Under the pieces are notes generated by a model that worked only from the letters and a program-made list of their open reading frames with translations, ran no database searches and was not told the DNA's origin. Of a stretch of 64,000 bases of DNA, positions 20,984 to 29,724 are shown piece by piece. The stretch is from a virus. Lineage: Duplodnaviria; Caudoviricetes. The stretch spans positions 107,176-171,175 of IMG/VR virus record IMGVR_UViG_2974666281_000001; one strand, written 5' to 3'. Position 1 is the first letter of the stretch; each line of letters begins with the position of its first letter. Made by a program: the position numbers and the translations under genes.

Positions 20984-21724
20984 TTAGTACCCGTTAGGAG
21001 TTCGGTAATAGGCTTTTAATGTATCTTCGCCTATAGGCTTAGTCCATTTAGACATATTGATACGTTCATTCAAAAGAATATCATCAAATATTCTTGAATC
21101 ACGACCTTTTTTAGATTCTAGCTCTGAGATGTGGTCCCAGTCTTTAACTTTAGTCCCTTTAACAGAGACGACATCTCGTTCACCACGAGGCATCCAATAA
21201 ACCGGACAGTTCAAGATATCTGCAGCAGAATCACAATGATGCGCTAAATCATCAACGTAGAATTTAACGCGGCTACCATATTTCAAACGAACTTTAGTCA
21301 GAATGATTTCTTTACTTTCATCATGACCACACATGTAAACGTCCTGGAACGCGCCTGGGAACAGAGCATTTAAATTGAATTGTCTATTCAGACGAGCATC
21401 AATAGAATTGCCTAGCGCCGTGACAGCTACAAAATCATGTGTTTTCTTGAGCTTGTTCACTTGACGCAGTGCATCAATATATGGCGCCAGATAACGAATG
21501 AAATCTGAGCAGTTATACTTCTCAATCAGTTGTTTGCCAAGAGAGTCATCACACCCAAACAACTTACCAGGTTCGACAAATTTATCATCTTGAATCATAT
21601 CAAGAATATGCTCAAGAGGCAAATTATATTTTTGAGCGAAATAAGGTAACCCTGATTGCCAACTCAGTAGAACTCCATCTACATCAGTTGCGATTACTTT
21701 ACGCTCTATTTTCAGATTCTGCAC
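20984..21724 (-). CDS. 30.2-like HAD-superfamily hydrolase
   Basis: TDVDGVLLSWQSGL (DxD) and YVDDL motifs. Confidence 0.88.
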   Translation of the reverse strand: MQNLKIERKVIATDVDGVLLSWQSGLPYFAQKYNLPLEHILDMIQDDKFVEPGKLFGCDDSLGKQLIEKYNCSDFIRYLAPYIDALRQVNKLKKTHDFVAVTALGNSIDARLNRQFNLNALFPGAFQDVYMCGHDESKEIILTKVRLKYGSRVKFYVDDLAHHCDSAADILNCPVYWMPRGERDVVSVKGTKVKDWDHISELESKKGRDSRIFDDILLNERINMSKWTKPIGEDTLKAYYRTPNGY

Positions 21725-21878
21725 GTCGTTTTGCCTCTAAGATTAAATGAAGAACGATATTTGATTTAGGGGTAATGCTTCCAGGCACAGTCATCATAGA
21801 TATTTCACCCAGAGCAAATCCACTTTTATTAGGAGTCTTTACTTCAGGCCAAACTAAAACAGGCCAAGGTTGAGTCAT
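21699..21878 (-). CDS. hypothetical 59-aa protein (not in ORF track)
   Basis: Read by hand: MTQPWPVLVWPEVKTPNK...RRAESENRA; ATG overlaps the upstream stop. Confidence 0.6.
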   Translation of the reverse strand: MTQPWPVLVWPEVKTPNKSGFALGEISMMTVPGSITPKSNIVLHLILEAKRRAESENRA

Positions 21879-22069
21879 CGTTCTTGTACCTCAAATTCAC
21901 CAAATACTGAATTATTAACACTAATATGAGAATACTCACCTTCATCGGTCAAAACGAGAACCATTTGACCATTAGGAGAAATCTTTTCAATTTGATATTG
22001 CTTACCTTCAGTGAAAAGGTCTTTGTACTGAGAGAAAATACGTTTAGCAAGCAGGTTCGAAGCAATCAT
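21875..22069 (-). CDS. hypothetical protein
   Basis: Tightly packed ORF in the minus-strand operon. Confidence 0.65.
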   Translation of the reverse strand: MIASNLLAKRIFSQYKDLFTEGKQYQIEKISPNGQMVLVLTDEGEYSHISVNNSVFGEFEVQER

Positions 22070-22250
22070 CGTTTGCAGCCTTCAAAAGAGTTAATTCTGA
22101 TTCAACATGGACCGATTCATTCCCATCCGACCACGAAACCATATAGCCTGGTTGAGTTTTGTACTCAGGAATTCCAGGTGTATACATTATAACCACACCT
22201 GGAATAGAACCAGACACGTGCTGTACAGGAGTGCCTAATTCGAATTTCAT
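22044..22250 (-). CDS. 30.5-like hypothetical protein
   Basis: MKFELGTPVQHVSG...WSDGNESVH. Confidence 0.7.
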   Translation of the reverse strand: MKFELGTPVQHVSGSIPGVVIMYTPGIPEYKTQPGYMVSWSDGNESVHVESELTLLKAANDDCFEPAC

Positions 22251-22414
22251 TTTATCACTTTAATCCATTCAGGGAAATCGATGAAATCAGGAGCGTCAAC
22301 TTCACAAATCATTACACCTGCGTTAATAGTGATGTTACTAACTTCGACCATTGGGTTGTTTTCTAAAGAAGCCGACAGACGTTTTGCATCAGCAATTTGA
22401 ACATGAAGAATCAT
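22247..22414 (-). CDS. hypothetical 55-aa protein (not in ORF track)
   Basis: Read by hand: MILHVQIADAKRL...DAPDFIDFPEWIKVIK; start/stop overlaps on both sides, GAGG RBS. Confidence 0.7.
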   Translation of the reverse strand: MILHVQIADAKRLSASLENNPMVEVSNITINAGVMICEVDAPDFIDFPEWIKVIK

Positions 22415-22860
22415 TATTTCACCTCGTAAGTAGCGAAAGCTTCGGCAGACTTTTCTAGAACCAGAACACGTACGCCTTCAATAGCATTTTTAATCTGCTT
22501 TACTGCAAAGTCTTTAGCAGCTTGTTCATCAAAAGGACCATGAGCAAAAGGCTGCATACCTTTATTAACTGGGATAGTTAATGTCCAGAACTCTTTCTTT
22601 TCAGGTTCAATAAGCTCAAATTTTTCAGGAATTTCACGAGCTAAGAACAAACACCACAAATCCCAAAACTCCCCAGTGTTGGCACTAAAAGAACCTTTTT
22701 CGTTCATGATAGAAATAATGCAACCGTCAGAGTCCATTTCAGTAACTTCAAAATCACTATACCCAACGTGACGTTCCCAAACGGCACGGAAATTACTACG
22801 AGTACCCATTGATTCGATACCAGCTTTAGTCCACTTGTACTTACGATTTTCAGTAGCCAT
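22414..22860 (-). CDS. hypothetical protein (paralogous accessory family)
   Basis: 148 aa, GAGGA RBS. Confidence 0.75.
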   Translation of the reverse strand: MATENRKYKWTKAGIESMGTRSNFRAVWERHVGYSDFEVTEMDSDGCIISIMNEKGSFSANTGEFWDLWCLFLAREIPEKFELIEPEKKEFWTLTIPVNKGMQPFAHGPFDEQAAKDFAVKQIKNAIEGVRVLVLEKSAEAFATYEVK

Positions 22861-22893
22861 GATATTTTCCTCAAAGGGCCGAAGCCCTGTTTG

Positions 22894-23250
22894 TTAAATG
22901 TTGAATTCGTTCAGAACGATGTCGTAAATTGCTTCGCGTTGTTCTTCAGTAGTTTTCAGACCAAGAATGTGACGAAGATAAAGCTTAACCAGAATTTTAC
23001 GATTCGAGCCATTCCAAGATGGATGGGTACCTAAATCACGAGTACGAACATCGTCATGGAAGCCAATTTTAATTACTGAACCTTTCAGAGAAATATCCAG
23101 CGTAATCCCGTTTTCAAAACTCATGAACACATAGTTATCTTCCCAGAACATATCAATCTGAGCCACTGCACCATCTTTATGTTTCCAGAGTAAGATTGGT
23201 GCTTGTCCTACATCGTTTACATATTTACGTTCGAAGTTATGAAAGTTCAT
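22894..23250 (-). CDS. 30.7-like hypothetical protein
   Basis: NFERKYV, RDLGTHPSWNG, DIVLNEFNI. Confidence 0.85.
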   Translation of the reverse strand: MNFHNFERKYVNDVGQAPILLWKHKDGAVAQIDMFWEDNYVFMSFENGITLDISLKGSVIKIGFHDDVRTRDLGTHPSWNGSNRKILVKLYLRHILGLKTTEEQREAIYDIVLNEFNI

Positions 23251-23308
23251 TTTATTCTCCTTGTTGGTGAGAGTCTAATATACCACAGACCCTCACCGTT
23301 GTAAACAC
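23251..23308 (-). promoter_or_regulatory. early promoter with stem-loop around the -10, plus RBS
   Basis: GTTTAC -35; GGTGAGGGTCT/AGACTCTCACC flank GTGGTATATT; AAGGAG RBS. Confidence 0.8.
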
Positions 23309-23833
23309 TTAAGAGAACTTAATCTCTTTTACAACTTTAGCTGTTGATTGTAAACGGAAAATCTCTACAGAAGCATTTGGGTCGCTAGACTTTTCAAGAA
23401 ATTCTTTTGCAAAATTTTCAGCAGAATGTTTATTGAACATTGTCGGAGCAGGGACACCTACAACACGACGGTCTGAATGTTCATAAGAACTTTCAGTTGA
23501 TTCATTCACAACAACGATATAGTCATGCTCTTCAACTACGTCACCATCTTCTGTAAAATATTTGAATTCTTCTTCGGCATCATAGTAGAACCAGAATTTA
23601 CCATAAGAAGAACTAGTAAATTCTGGGATAGCAGTAATACGGTCGATAAACTCAATTTCGCCTTGAATACGGATCATAACAACATCATTTTCAGAACCAA
23701 GCTGCACTTCAAACGGCTTAGTACCAATATATTCTGCTATGGCTTTGTTGACACCTGGAGCACAGTCGATAAAATCTTCTTTATCAGCTTTATTCAATGT
23801 GTACCATACACCTTCTTTAAAGAATTCGCTCAT
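23309..23833 (-). CDS. hypothetical protein (paralogous accessory family)
   Basis: 174 aa, GAGGA RBS. Confidence 0.75.
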   Translation of the reverse strand: MSEFFKEGVWYTLNKADKEDFIDCAPGVNKAIAEYIGTKPFEVQLGSENDVVMIRIQGEIEFIDRITAIPEFTSSSYGKFWFYYDAEEEFKYFTEDGDVVEEHDYIVVVNESTESSYEHSDRRVVGVPAPTMFNKHSAENFAKEFLEKSSDPNASVEIFRLQSTAKVVKEIKFS

Positions 23834-23840
23834 TATTTCC

Positions 23841-24311
23841 TCAGCACTTTTCAGTTACAACAACAGGTTCATGTTTCAGAGACACTTTAGAGTGCTTCTG
23901 GATGATATAACAATATTCGTACGGATATTGTTCAACATAATCACTTGCAAACGTTTGGGCTGATTCTAAATCAACATCATTCAAGCGAATGTAGAATCCA
24001 TCACCGTCGGTCCCAGCAGTCATTACGCTGAACTTTTCTAATTCAGGTTCAGAAGGAGTCAAAGCTATGTATTGAAGCTCACAAGTTCTGAACCATTCTG
24101 CAGAAATTCCTACCCCATAGATACCAGCTTCACGAGGAGTTTTGAAGTCTTCGCTCTTGTCAAAACGAATGGCCTTTATAGGAGCATCAGCATAAGGACG
24201 ATACGCTTCAAAAGAACGTCCATTGATGTAATCAACAATTGCTTGGTTGATAGCAGCAGTGTTAGACCCAGCATCTTCTACGAAGCCTTTAGCATTAATA
24301 AGTTTATACAT
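23841..24311 (-). CDS. hypothetical protein (paralogous accessory family)
   Basis: 156 aa, GAGGA RBS. Confidence 0.75.
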   Translation of the reverse strand: MYKLINAKGFVEDAGSNTAAINQAIVDYINGRSFEAYRPYADAPIKAIRFDKSEDFKTPREAGIYGVGISAEWFRTCELQYIALTPSEPELEKFSVMTAGTDGDGFYIRLNDVDLESAQTFASDYVEQYPYEYCYIIQKHSKVSLKHEPVVVTEKC

Positions 24312-24347
24312 ATTTTCCTCAGTAGGGCTCTTTAGAGCCCGGTTAAA

Positions 24348-24716
24348 TTACTTGATACGAGTCCAATTAGCCAGGTCAATAATACCTTTAGCTTTTATTT
24401 TCTCAATCAGATTATCAGCACGAGTGCGAGCGTTTTCATACCATGTCACGTCTTCAGAGTAGTCATCTTCATCTTCATAAGTCTCAGAACGAATGTGGCC
24501 ATAAACAGTGCTATTCAGTTTATAGATTTCACCTGTGAAGAAGTTTTCAACGGTGATGTAATAAGAAAAATCGTCTGAAGGACCTTCAGGAGTCATACAA
24601 TGTACAACATCACTTTGGAACTTACTTACCATCCACTGAAGTTCGTTAACTGTTTGGGCTTTGTAACCGTCATGGTCATGACACTTAACAGTAGCTTTCA
24701 GATTGATAGTTGTCAT
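24348..24716 (-). CDS. 30.8-like hypothetical protein
   Basis: MTTINLKATVK...VENFFTG...ARTRADNLIEK. Confidence 0.82.
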   Translation of the reverse strand: MTTINLKATVKCHDHDGYKAQTVNELQWMVSKFQSDVVHCMTPEGPSDDFSYYITVENFFTGEIYKLNSTVYGHIRSETYEDEDDYSEDVTWYENARTRADNLIEKIKAKGIIDLANWTRIK

Positions 24717-24739
24717 TTTATTTCTCCATTTGTTGATTG

Positions 24740-24778
24740 AGTGTACATCATATCACAATCCTAGGAGAAGTAAACACC
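24740..24778 (-). promoter_or_regulatory. early promoter
   Basis: GTTTAC...TGTGATATGAT on the minus strand. Confidence 0.7.
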
Positions 24779-24790
24779 AAAGATACAGAT

Positions 24791-24818
24791 ACAAAAATGG
24801 GAGACCGAAGTCTCCCAT
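24791..24818 (-). terminator. UUCG terminator after 30.9
   Basis: ATGGGAGAC-TTCG-GTCTCCCAT-TTTT. Confidence 0.9.
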
Positions 24819-24821
24819 AAC

Positions 24822-24998
24822 TTATGCTTTCTTGCGTGGATTACCAAAAGCAGCATCGTGAGCAATCACTTTACGTGCACGTGATGCCAACTGATCGCCA
24901 AGAGGGTCAATACGTTTGTTCGAAGCACGCTTGTAGCCAGCGCGTTTAGAGGTACCAACGGTTTCTTTTACTGCAGTTTTTGCTTTAGCTTTTGACAT
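24822..24998 (-). CDS. 30.9-like small basic protein (not in ORF track)
   Basis: Read by hand: MSKAKAKTAVKETVGTSKRAGYKRASNKRID...FGNPRKKA, 58 aa. Confidence 0.88.
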   Translation of the reverse strand: MSKAKAKTAVKETVGTSKRAGYKRASNKRIDPLGDQLASRARKVIAHDAAFGNPRKKA

Positions 24999-25158
24999 TT
25001 CAATTTTCCATAACGGAGTAATAAAAGAGCTCTAAGTCTTACGGTTTCCCAGCATAGAGCCGTTATTTTAACTTCACACTAAGTAGTGACTCACTGAAGG
25101 TTTTAGTTGATTTTACGTCTAGATAACCTACAACTATGACCAAGTCCTCGAAGGGTAC

Positions 25159-25407
25159 TTATTTCAAAGTCACTACAAAGTGACGTACTGCTTTACGAGC
25201 TGCAGAACACAGAGGTTTAGCATATTTCAATTCATCTTGAGAAGCCAGTTCAGTGGCCAGAGCTTTCTGAGAAGGGTTCAGATGTTTGAAATATTCCAGG
25301 ATGTCAAGAGCTTCAGCTTTAACATCGATGCTTGCACCGTAGTTTTCGTGGCCTGCATTCCAAGATTTACGTTGAATGTCGAGAATTGATTTGATGATTT
25401 CGTTCAT
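25159..25407 (-). CDS. rIII: lysis inhibition accessory protein RIII
   Basis: 82 aa, WNAGHENYGASIDVKAEAL...ARKAVRHFVVTLK. Confidence 0.95.
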   Translation of the reverse strand: MNEIIKSILDIQRKSWNAGHENYGASIDVKAEALDILEYFKHLNPSQKALATELASQDELKYAKPLCSAARKAVRHFVVTLK

Positions 25408-25505
25408 TAAAAAGCCTCAATATGAGGTAAATATTAGGAGACAATCATCGGTTAACTAAGTTCCGACTGCCATTGTCTCCACCCATGTAAGTTGTTCTTA
25501 CATTA

Positions 25506-25829
25506 TTATTTATACACGCAAGCCAGAGACTTATAATGACATGTCACAAACTTCTGGCGAATTTCTTTAGATTGTTTCATACCCAATGCAACCAGTGGAT
25601 GAGTTACGTTACGTACGCTACCAACCGGAAGGGGAGTTAAATCACCGATTTCGACGAAACCTTTAGGAACATCTTCACCGATAGAATAAACTTCACACAT
25701 ATCAGGTAATTGTCCTTGGGTTTCTTTACCTAAGAGAATACCACCTGCTGAAATTTTTTCGTCGCCTGCTTGTGCCGGCTCAGAAACCAAAATAACATGC
25801 TCACCAAGAGCCTTAATTGGAAGTTCCAT
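25506..25829 (-). CDS. 31: GroES-like co-chaperonin gp31
   Basis: [22 protein letters not shown]...FVTCHYK. Confidence 0.96.
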   Translation of the reverse strand: MELPIKALGEHVILVSEPAQAGDEKISAGGILLGKETQGQLPDMCEVYSIGEDVPKGFVEIGDLTPLPVGSVRNVTHPLVALGMKQSKEIRQKFVTCHYKSLACVYK

Positions 25830-25886
25830 AAAATCCTACATGTTGTTAGCCATGAATCAATATTATCATCATGGCTTTAAAGCAAA

Positions 25887-26210
25887 TTAACCTACAAACT
25901 TAACCAGGTGTTCCATCTTCATTCCGTTAAAGGAAATCAGTTTGTCAATACTGAACCCACGCCACTGTTTGATTTCAGTATCAAACGCAGGAACCATATC
26001 AACTGCTTCTTTACGAGGTTTACTTGGATTCACATAGCTTTCATAGATAGCTGGGTCAACCAGTTTGCCGATTACGTCTTTATCACGAGAAGCTTTCATG
26101 ACACGCATAGTGCCGTCAGCTTTCTCAAAGACAATTTCAGAAGTACCCATAGCCAGTTTGGTTTTCAGGACTTCACGCAATGCAACTTTCTGTTCATCAG
26201 TTAATTTCAT
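25887..26210 (-). CDS. 31.1-like protein
   Basis: VFEKADGTMR...WRGFSIDKLIS. Confidence 0.85.
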   Translation of the reverse strand: MKLTDEQKVALREVLKTKLAMGTSEIVFEKADGTMRVMKASRDKDVIGKLVDPAIYESYVNPSKPRKEAVDMVPAFDTEIKQWRGFSIDKLISFNGMKMEHLVKFVG

Positions 26211-26774
26211 TTATTCAATTCCACAAAAGTTTTCGATACGAGTCCAATCTAAAGATTTCAGGTTAACTCGGTTATACTTGATAACTTCGATGCCTGAATC
26301 ACGAAGGATTTGGTCCCAGTCAGGTCCATTGTGGTCATAAAGTTCCGCATAGACCAATTTCTTAATACCTGATTGAGCAATAGCTTTAGCGCAATCAGCA
26401 CAAGGCGATAACGTTACATACATTGTAGCGCCATCAATAGAAGAACCATTACGAGCTGCAAATAAGATTGCATTTAGTTCTGCATGGATTTCGTTCTGTT
26501 TAGACCATACGCTGTGTTCGTTTCTGAAATCTGCTTTTAGACCAACTTTCCAGTGGTAACCACTTCCTACACCAGGCGTAATTACTTTCTTTTCACCAAG
26601 CCAACCTTGTTCAAGGGCATGGTCACAACAGTTAACACCACCTGATGGAGAACCGTTGTAGCCAGTAGAAATAATACGCCCATTCTTTTCGATGACTGCA
26701 CCTACCTTCCAGGAACAGCACTTAGACTCTTGAGAAATCAGATACGCGATCTGGAGGTATGTGCTAGCTTTCAT
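26211..26774 (-). CDS. cd: dCMP deaminase
   Basis: HAELNAI and SPCADC zinc motifs. Confidence 0.98.
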   Translation of the reverse strand: MKASTYLQIAYLISQESKCCSWKVGAVIEKNGRIISTGYNGSPSGGVNCCDHALEQGWLGEKKVITPGVGSGYHWKVGLKADFRNEHSVWSKQNEIHAELNAILFAARNGSSIDGATMYVTLSPCADCAKAIAQSGIKKLVYAELYDHNGPDWDQILRDSGIEVIKYNRVNLKSLDWTRIENFCGIE

Positions 26775-27115
26775 TATATCACCAAGTAAGTTGTTCGTTT
26801 AGTAGAAATCAATTGTAACCCATCAATTGGATAAGCAATATTCTGTACCGTACCGATAGTAAGAAATGCACCATCATGGAATCGTTGTTTCTTATCGTTA
26901 AAAACAGTTCCCATGTATTGACGACCCAATTTTACATCAATTCCTTTAACAGCAATTAAGATTGCATCATACTCTTCTTCAGGAATCATGGACACTGCAT
27001 GGTCCATACGGATGGCATCTAAAGCCAGTGCAATACCAGCTTGAGAGATTTCACCACGAATTCCCAGCATGTTGTCTCTGAGAATAGTATCAATTTTATC
27101 GTGAAGCGAAGTCAT
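26774..27115 (-). CDS. cd.1-like hypothetical protein
   Basis: FNDKKQRFHDG motif; position. Confidence 0.75.
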   Translation of the reverse strand: MTSLHDKIDTILRDNMLGIRGEISQAGIALALDAIRMDHAVSMIPEEEYDAILIAVKGIDVKLGRQYMGTVFNDKKQRFHDGAFLTIGTVQNIAYPIDGLQLISTKRTTYLVI

Positions 27116-28112
27116 TGATTTGTCCTAAAGTATTTACAGTTTGGTCCCAACCAATACAACCATCAGTGATTGAAACGCCATATTTCATGTTGTCTGAAAT
27201 CTTCTGAGAACCTTCGTTCAGATGAGATTCAATCATGAAGCCTTTAACACATGGGATACGTGCTTTAAGAACTTCCATCGCAACCGAAGGTTGACGACTG
27301 AAATCTTTCTGACTGTTCGCATGACTACAATCTACCATAATCTGATAGTTCGCAGGATAGTCACTTTTCATTCGACGTAAATCATCAATCACATCAATGA
27401 TATCGTCTTCATGATAGTTAGGGCCGTTGTCTCCACCACGTAGAACAATGTGAGTGTTCTTATTGCCTGGTGCATGAACAACGCCTACTGTTCCGTCTAA
27501 ATCCATACCTAAGTAACGATGTGGATAAGCGGCAGATTTCATAGCGTCGATAGCAACTTGAGCAGAGCCATTTGTACCATTCTTAAAGCCGATACACATA
27601 GGCAGACCTGAAGCAATTTCACGATGTGTCTGAGATTCAGTTGTACGTGCACCGATTGCGACCCATGAGAAAATACCGGTGAGATATTTAATCGTGAATG
27701 AGTCAAGTACTTCAGTCGCTAATGGCAAACCCATTTGCAGAAGATTAATACACAGCTTGCGGGCTTGCTGAAGACCATCATTAATTTCAAACGAACCGTT
27801 AAGCTTAGGGTCGTTAATGAAACCTTTCCAACCTACTGTAGTACGTGGTTTTTCAAAATAAACACGCATCACAAGCAGAACATTAGGGAGTTTCTTTTGG
27901 AGTTCAGCTAATTTTGTACCGTACTGAATTGCTGAAAACGGGTCATGGATAGAACAAGGACCTACGACAACCAGAGTACGTGGGTCTTCACCAGACATAA
28001 TAGCATTAACTTTATCGCGATGCTTTTTAACTTGGGCCTGGATTTCTTCAGTCAAAGGAAGAAGATCGATGATTTCTTTAGGCGAACGTAACTTTTCTAC
28101 AATAGGTAGCAT
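27096..28112 (-). CDS. class I DAHP synthase (AroF/G/H family)
   Basis: VVGPCSIHD, RVYFEKPRTTVGWKG, IGARTTESQTHR, GFKNGT, VDCSHANS, SITDGCIGW. Confidence 0.96.
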   Translation of the reverse strand: MLPIVEKLRSPKEIIDLLPLTEEIQAQVKKHRDKVNAIMSGEDPRTLVVVGPCSIHDPFSAIQYGTKLAELQKKLPNVLLVMRVYFEKPRTTVGWKGFINDPKLNGSFEINDGLQQARKLCINLLQMGLPLATEVLDSFTIKYLTGIFSWVAIGARTTESQTHREIASGLPMCIGFKNGTNGSAQVAIDAMKSAAYPHRYLGMDLDGTVGVVHAPGNKNTHIVLRGGDNGPNYHEDDIIDVIDDLRRMKSDYPANYQIMVDCSHANSQKDFSRQPSVAMEVLKARIPCVKGFMIESHLNEGSQKISDNMKYGVSITDGCIGWDQTVNTLGQINDFASR

Positions 28113-28342
28113 TAAATTTCCCCGAGAATATTATGCATTTCTACAAGCCCATCACGAGCATGCAAAAGTTGAGTGTGCTGAGATTTACCTTCATGTTGAA
28201 TGGAGATAATAACAGCCCGTGGAACTAATGGGTCCTGCATCAGACTTACATCAGCCCCAGGAATACGATTAGCCATTTGTTGTGCGAATTCTTTAACTTT
28301 AGCCACGAACTCTTCACGACTAATAGGTTTTTCAGATACCAT
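28112..28342 (-). CDS. cd.2-like hypothetical protein (start moved to ATG 28342)
   Basis: MVSEKPISREEFVAKVKEFAQ; position. Confidence 0.7.
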   Translation of the reverse strand: MVSEKPISREEFVAKVKEFAQQMANRIPGADVSLMQDPLVPRAVIISIQHEGKSQHTQLLHARDGLVEMHNILGEI

Positions 28343-28343
28343 T

Positions 28344-28610
28344 TTAACCCCAGCTGAAATCGACTCGTACTGGTACACCAGACATATCAGGTTCAGGAAT
28401 AAAGTTGAAATCAAACACCATACCGAAAGAATCAGGTTTGATATCTAATGTAACATCAAATTTATACAGCGCCTTTAAAGCCATCATTAAATCTGCATGG
28501 ATACGAGAAATACAAACTACATCTGCAGGTTGATACATGTAATTACTTACAACTTGACGAACCAAGACACCTGCCACTTCTTTAAAGGTTGGAAACGAAA
28601 ATTCATTCAT
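28344..28610 (-). CDS. cd.3-like hypothetical protein
   Basis: Coupled to the pseT stop; position. Confidence 0.65.
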   Translation of the reverse strand: MNEFSFPTFKEVAGVLVRQVVSNYMYQPADVVCISRIHADLMMALKALYKFDVTLDIKPDSFGMVFDFNFIPEPDMSGVPVRVDFSWG

Positions 28611-29509
28611 TAGAAGTCACCATGATTAACTTGCCAACATTCGATACCAATACGACGCCACATCTCAACTACTTGAGCACGGTCATCTACTGCCAGTACC
28701 ACGTCATAATCTTCTACGATATCGTTCCAGAAGATTTCTTCTTTTACTACATCATCTTTACGAGAATCACCTTGCTTACGCTGGAAGTGCTTATCCGTAT
28801 GGATTTTATTTTCAGCAAGCCAATCAGTAGTAGCATTCATATGCTTCAATGGTTCATCTTTATTACCTGATTCACGGCCAGAGACAGTAAGGATTTTAAA
28901 CCCTTGTTTTTGAAGCAATTTAAGAAGCAGAACAACCATCTCACGAGGAGTATCTTCGCTGAGTTTATCAAGGTCATAAGGTGAGCGGTGTTCGTTATCG
29001 GCTAATGTTCCATCAAGGTCAAAGATAACCGCTTGAGGGCGCCCACTAGGATAATCAGTCGCTACATATGTCATTGGTACAGACATCTTAGCATAGAAAC
29101 TACGCAGAACATCGATAGGAACTGCTTTATCACCACGATACTGATTACGCTTCAGAAGCTCGGTCCATGGCACATCAAAACGCTCAAATTCAATTTTAGC
29201 ATTCAGCTTAGTAGCCAGTTCTTGCCAAGCTTTAATAGTTGTTGGATTCAAGTTCGTATCAGCAATAATTACGCCTTTAGAACCTTCAATAGAAAGCAAA
29301 GCTTCTGCTGAAGCAAACTGAGATTTAGAGACAGCTTTCTCTTTTGACTTAGTGTATTTGTACTGATTACGATAATCTAATCCGAACAGTTTTTCACGGA
29401 AGTCATCGCGTGACAGAATATAGAATCCTGGGTTCTTAGAGACGTATTCATTAGCCCAAGTAGTTTTACCTGAACCTGGTGCGCCTTGTGTCAAAATAAT
29501 CTTTTTCAT
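28610..29509 (-). CDS. pseT: polynucleotide 5'-kinase/3'-phosphatase
   Basis: GAPGSGKT P-loop, DLDGT phosphatase motif, VDDRAQVVEMWRRIG. Confidence 0.98.
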   Translation of the reverse strand: MKKIILTQGAPGSGKTTWANEYVSKNPGFYILSRDDFREKLFGLDYRNQYKYTKSKEKAVSKSQFASAEALLSIEGSKGVIIADTNLNPTTIKAWQELATKLNAKIEFERFDVPWTELLKRNQYRGDKAVPIDVLRSFYAKMSVPMTYVATDYPSGRPQAVIFDLDGTLADNEHRSPYDLDKLSEDTPREMVVLLLKLLQKQGFKILTVSGRESGNKDEPLKHMNATTDWLAENKIHTDKHFQRKQGDSRKDDVVKEEIFWNDIVEDYDVVLAVDDRAQVVEMWRRIGIECWQVNHGDF

Positions 29510-29724
29510 TCTTTCACCAATGAATTAATAAAGTCTTGGAGTTCTTTAGAAGCACGTCCCCAGTTTTCATGATAACGTTTCTCATGCCCTTTACGAGCTT
29601 GAAGAATCTTAGGGTCTGTTCCTTCAAGCATAGCGAGTCGTTGAGATTCACGACCATAATTCATTGCTCTGACTTCAGATTCATAAATCAGACCACGAAG
29701 ATGATACAATTGTTCTTGAGTCAT
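29506..29724 (-). CDS. hypothetical protein
   Basis: Translationally coupled ORF. Confidence 0.7.
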   Translation of the reverse strand: MTQEQLYHLRGLIYESEVRAMNYGRESQRLAMLEGTDPKILQARKGHEKRYHENWGRASKELQDFINSLVKE

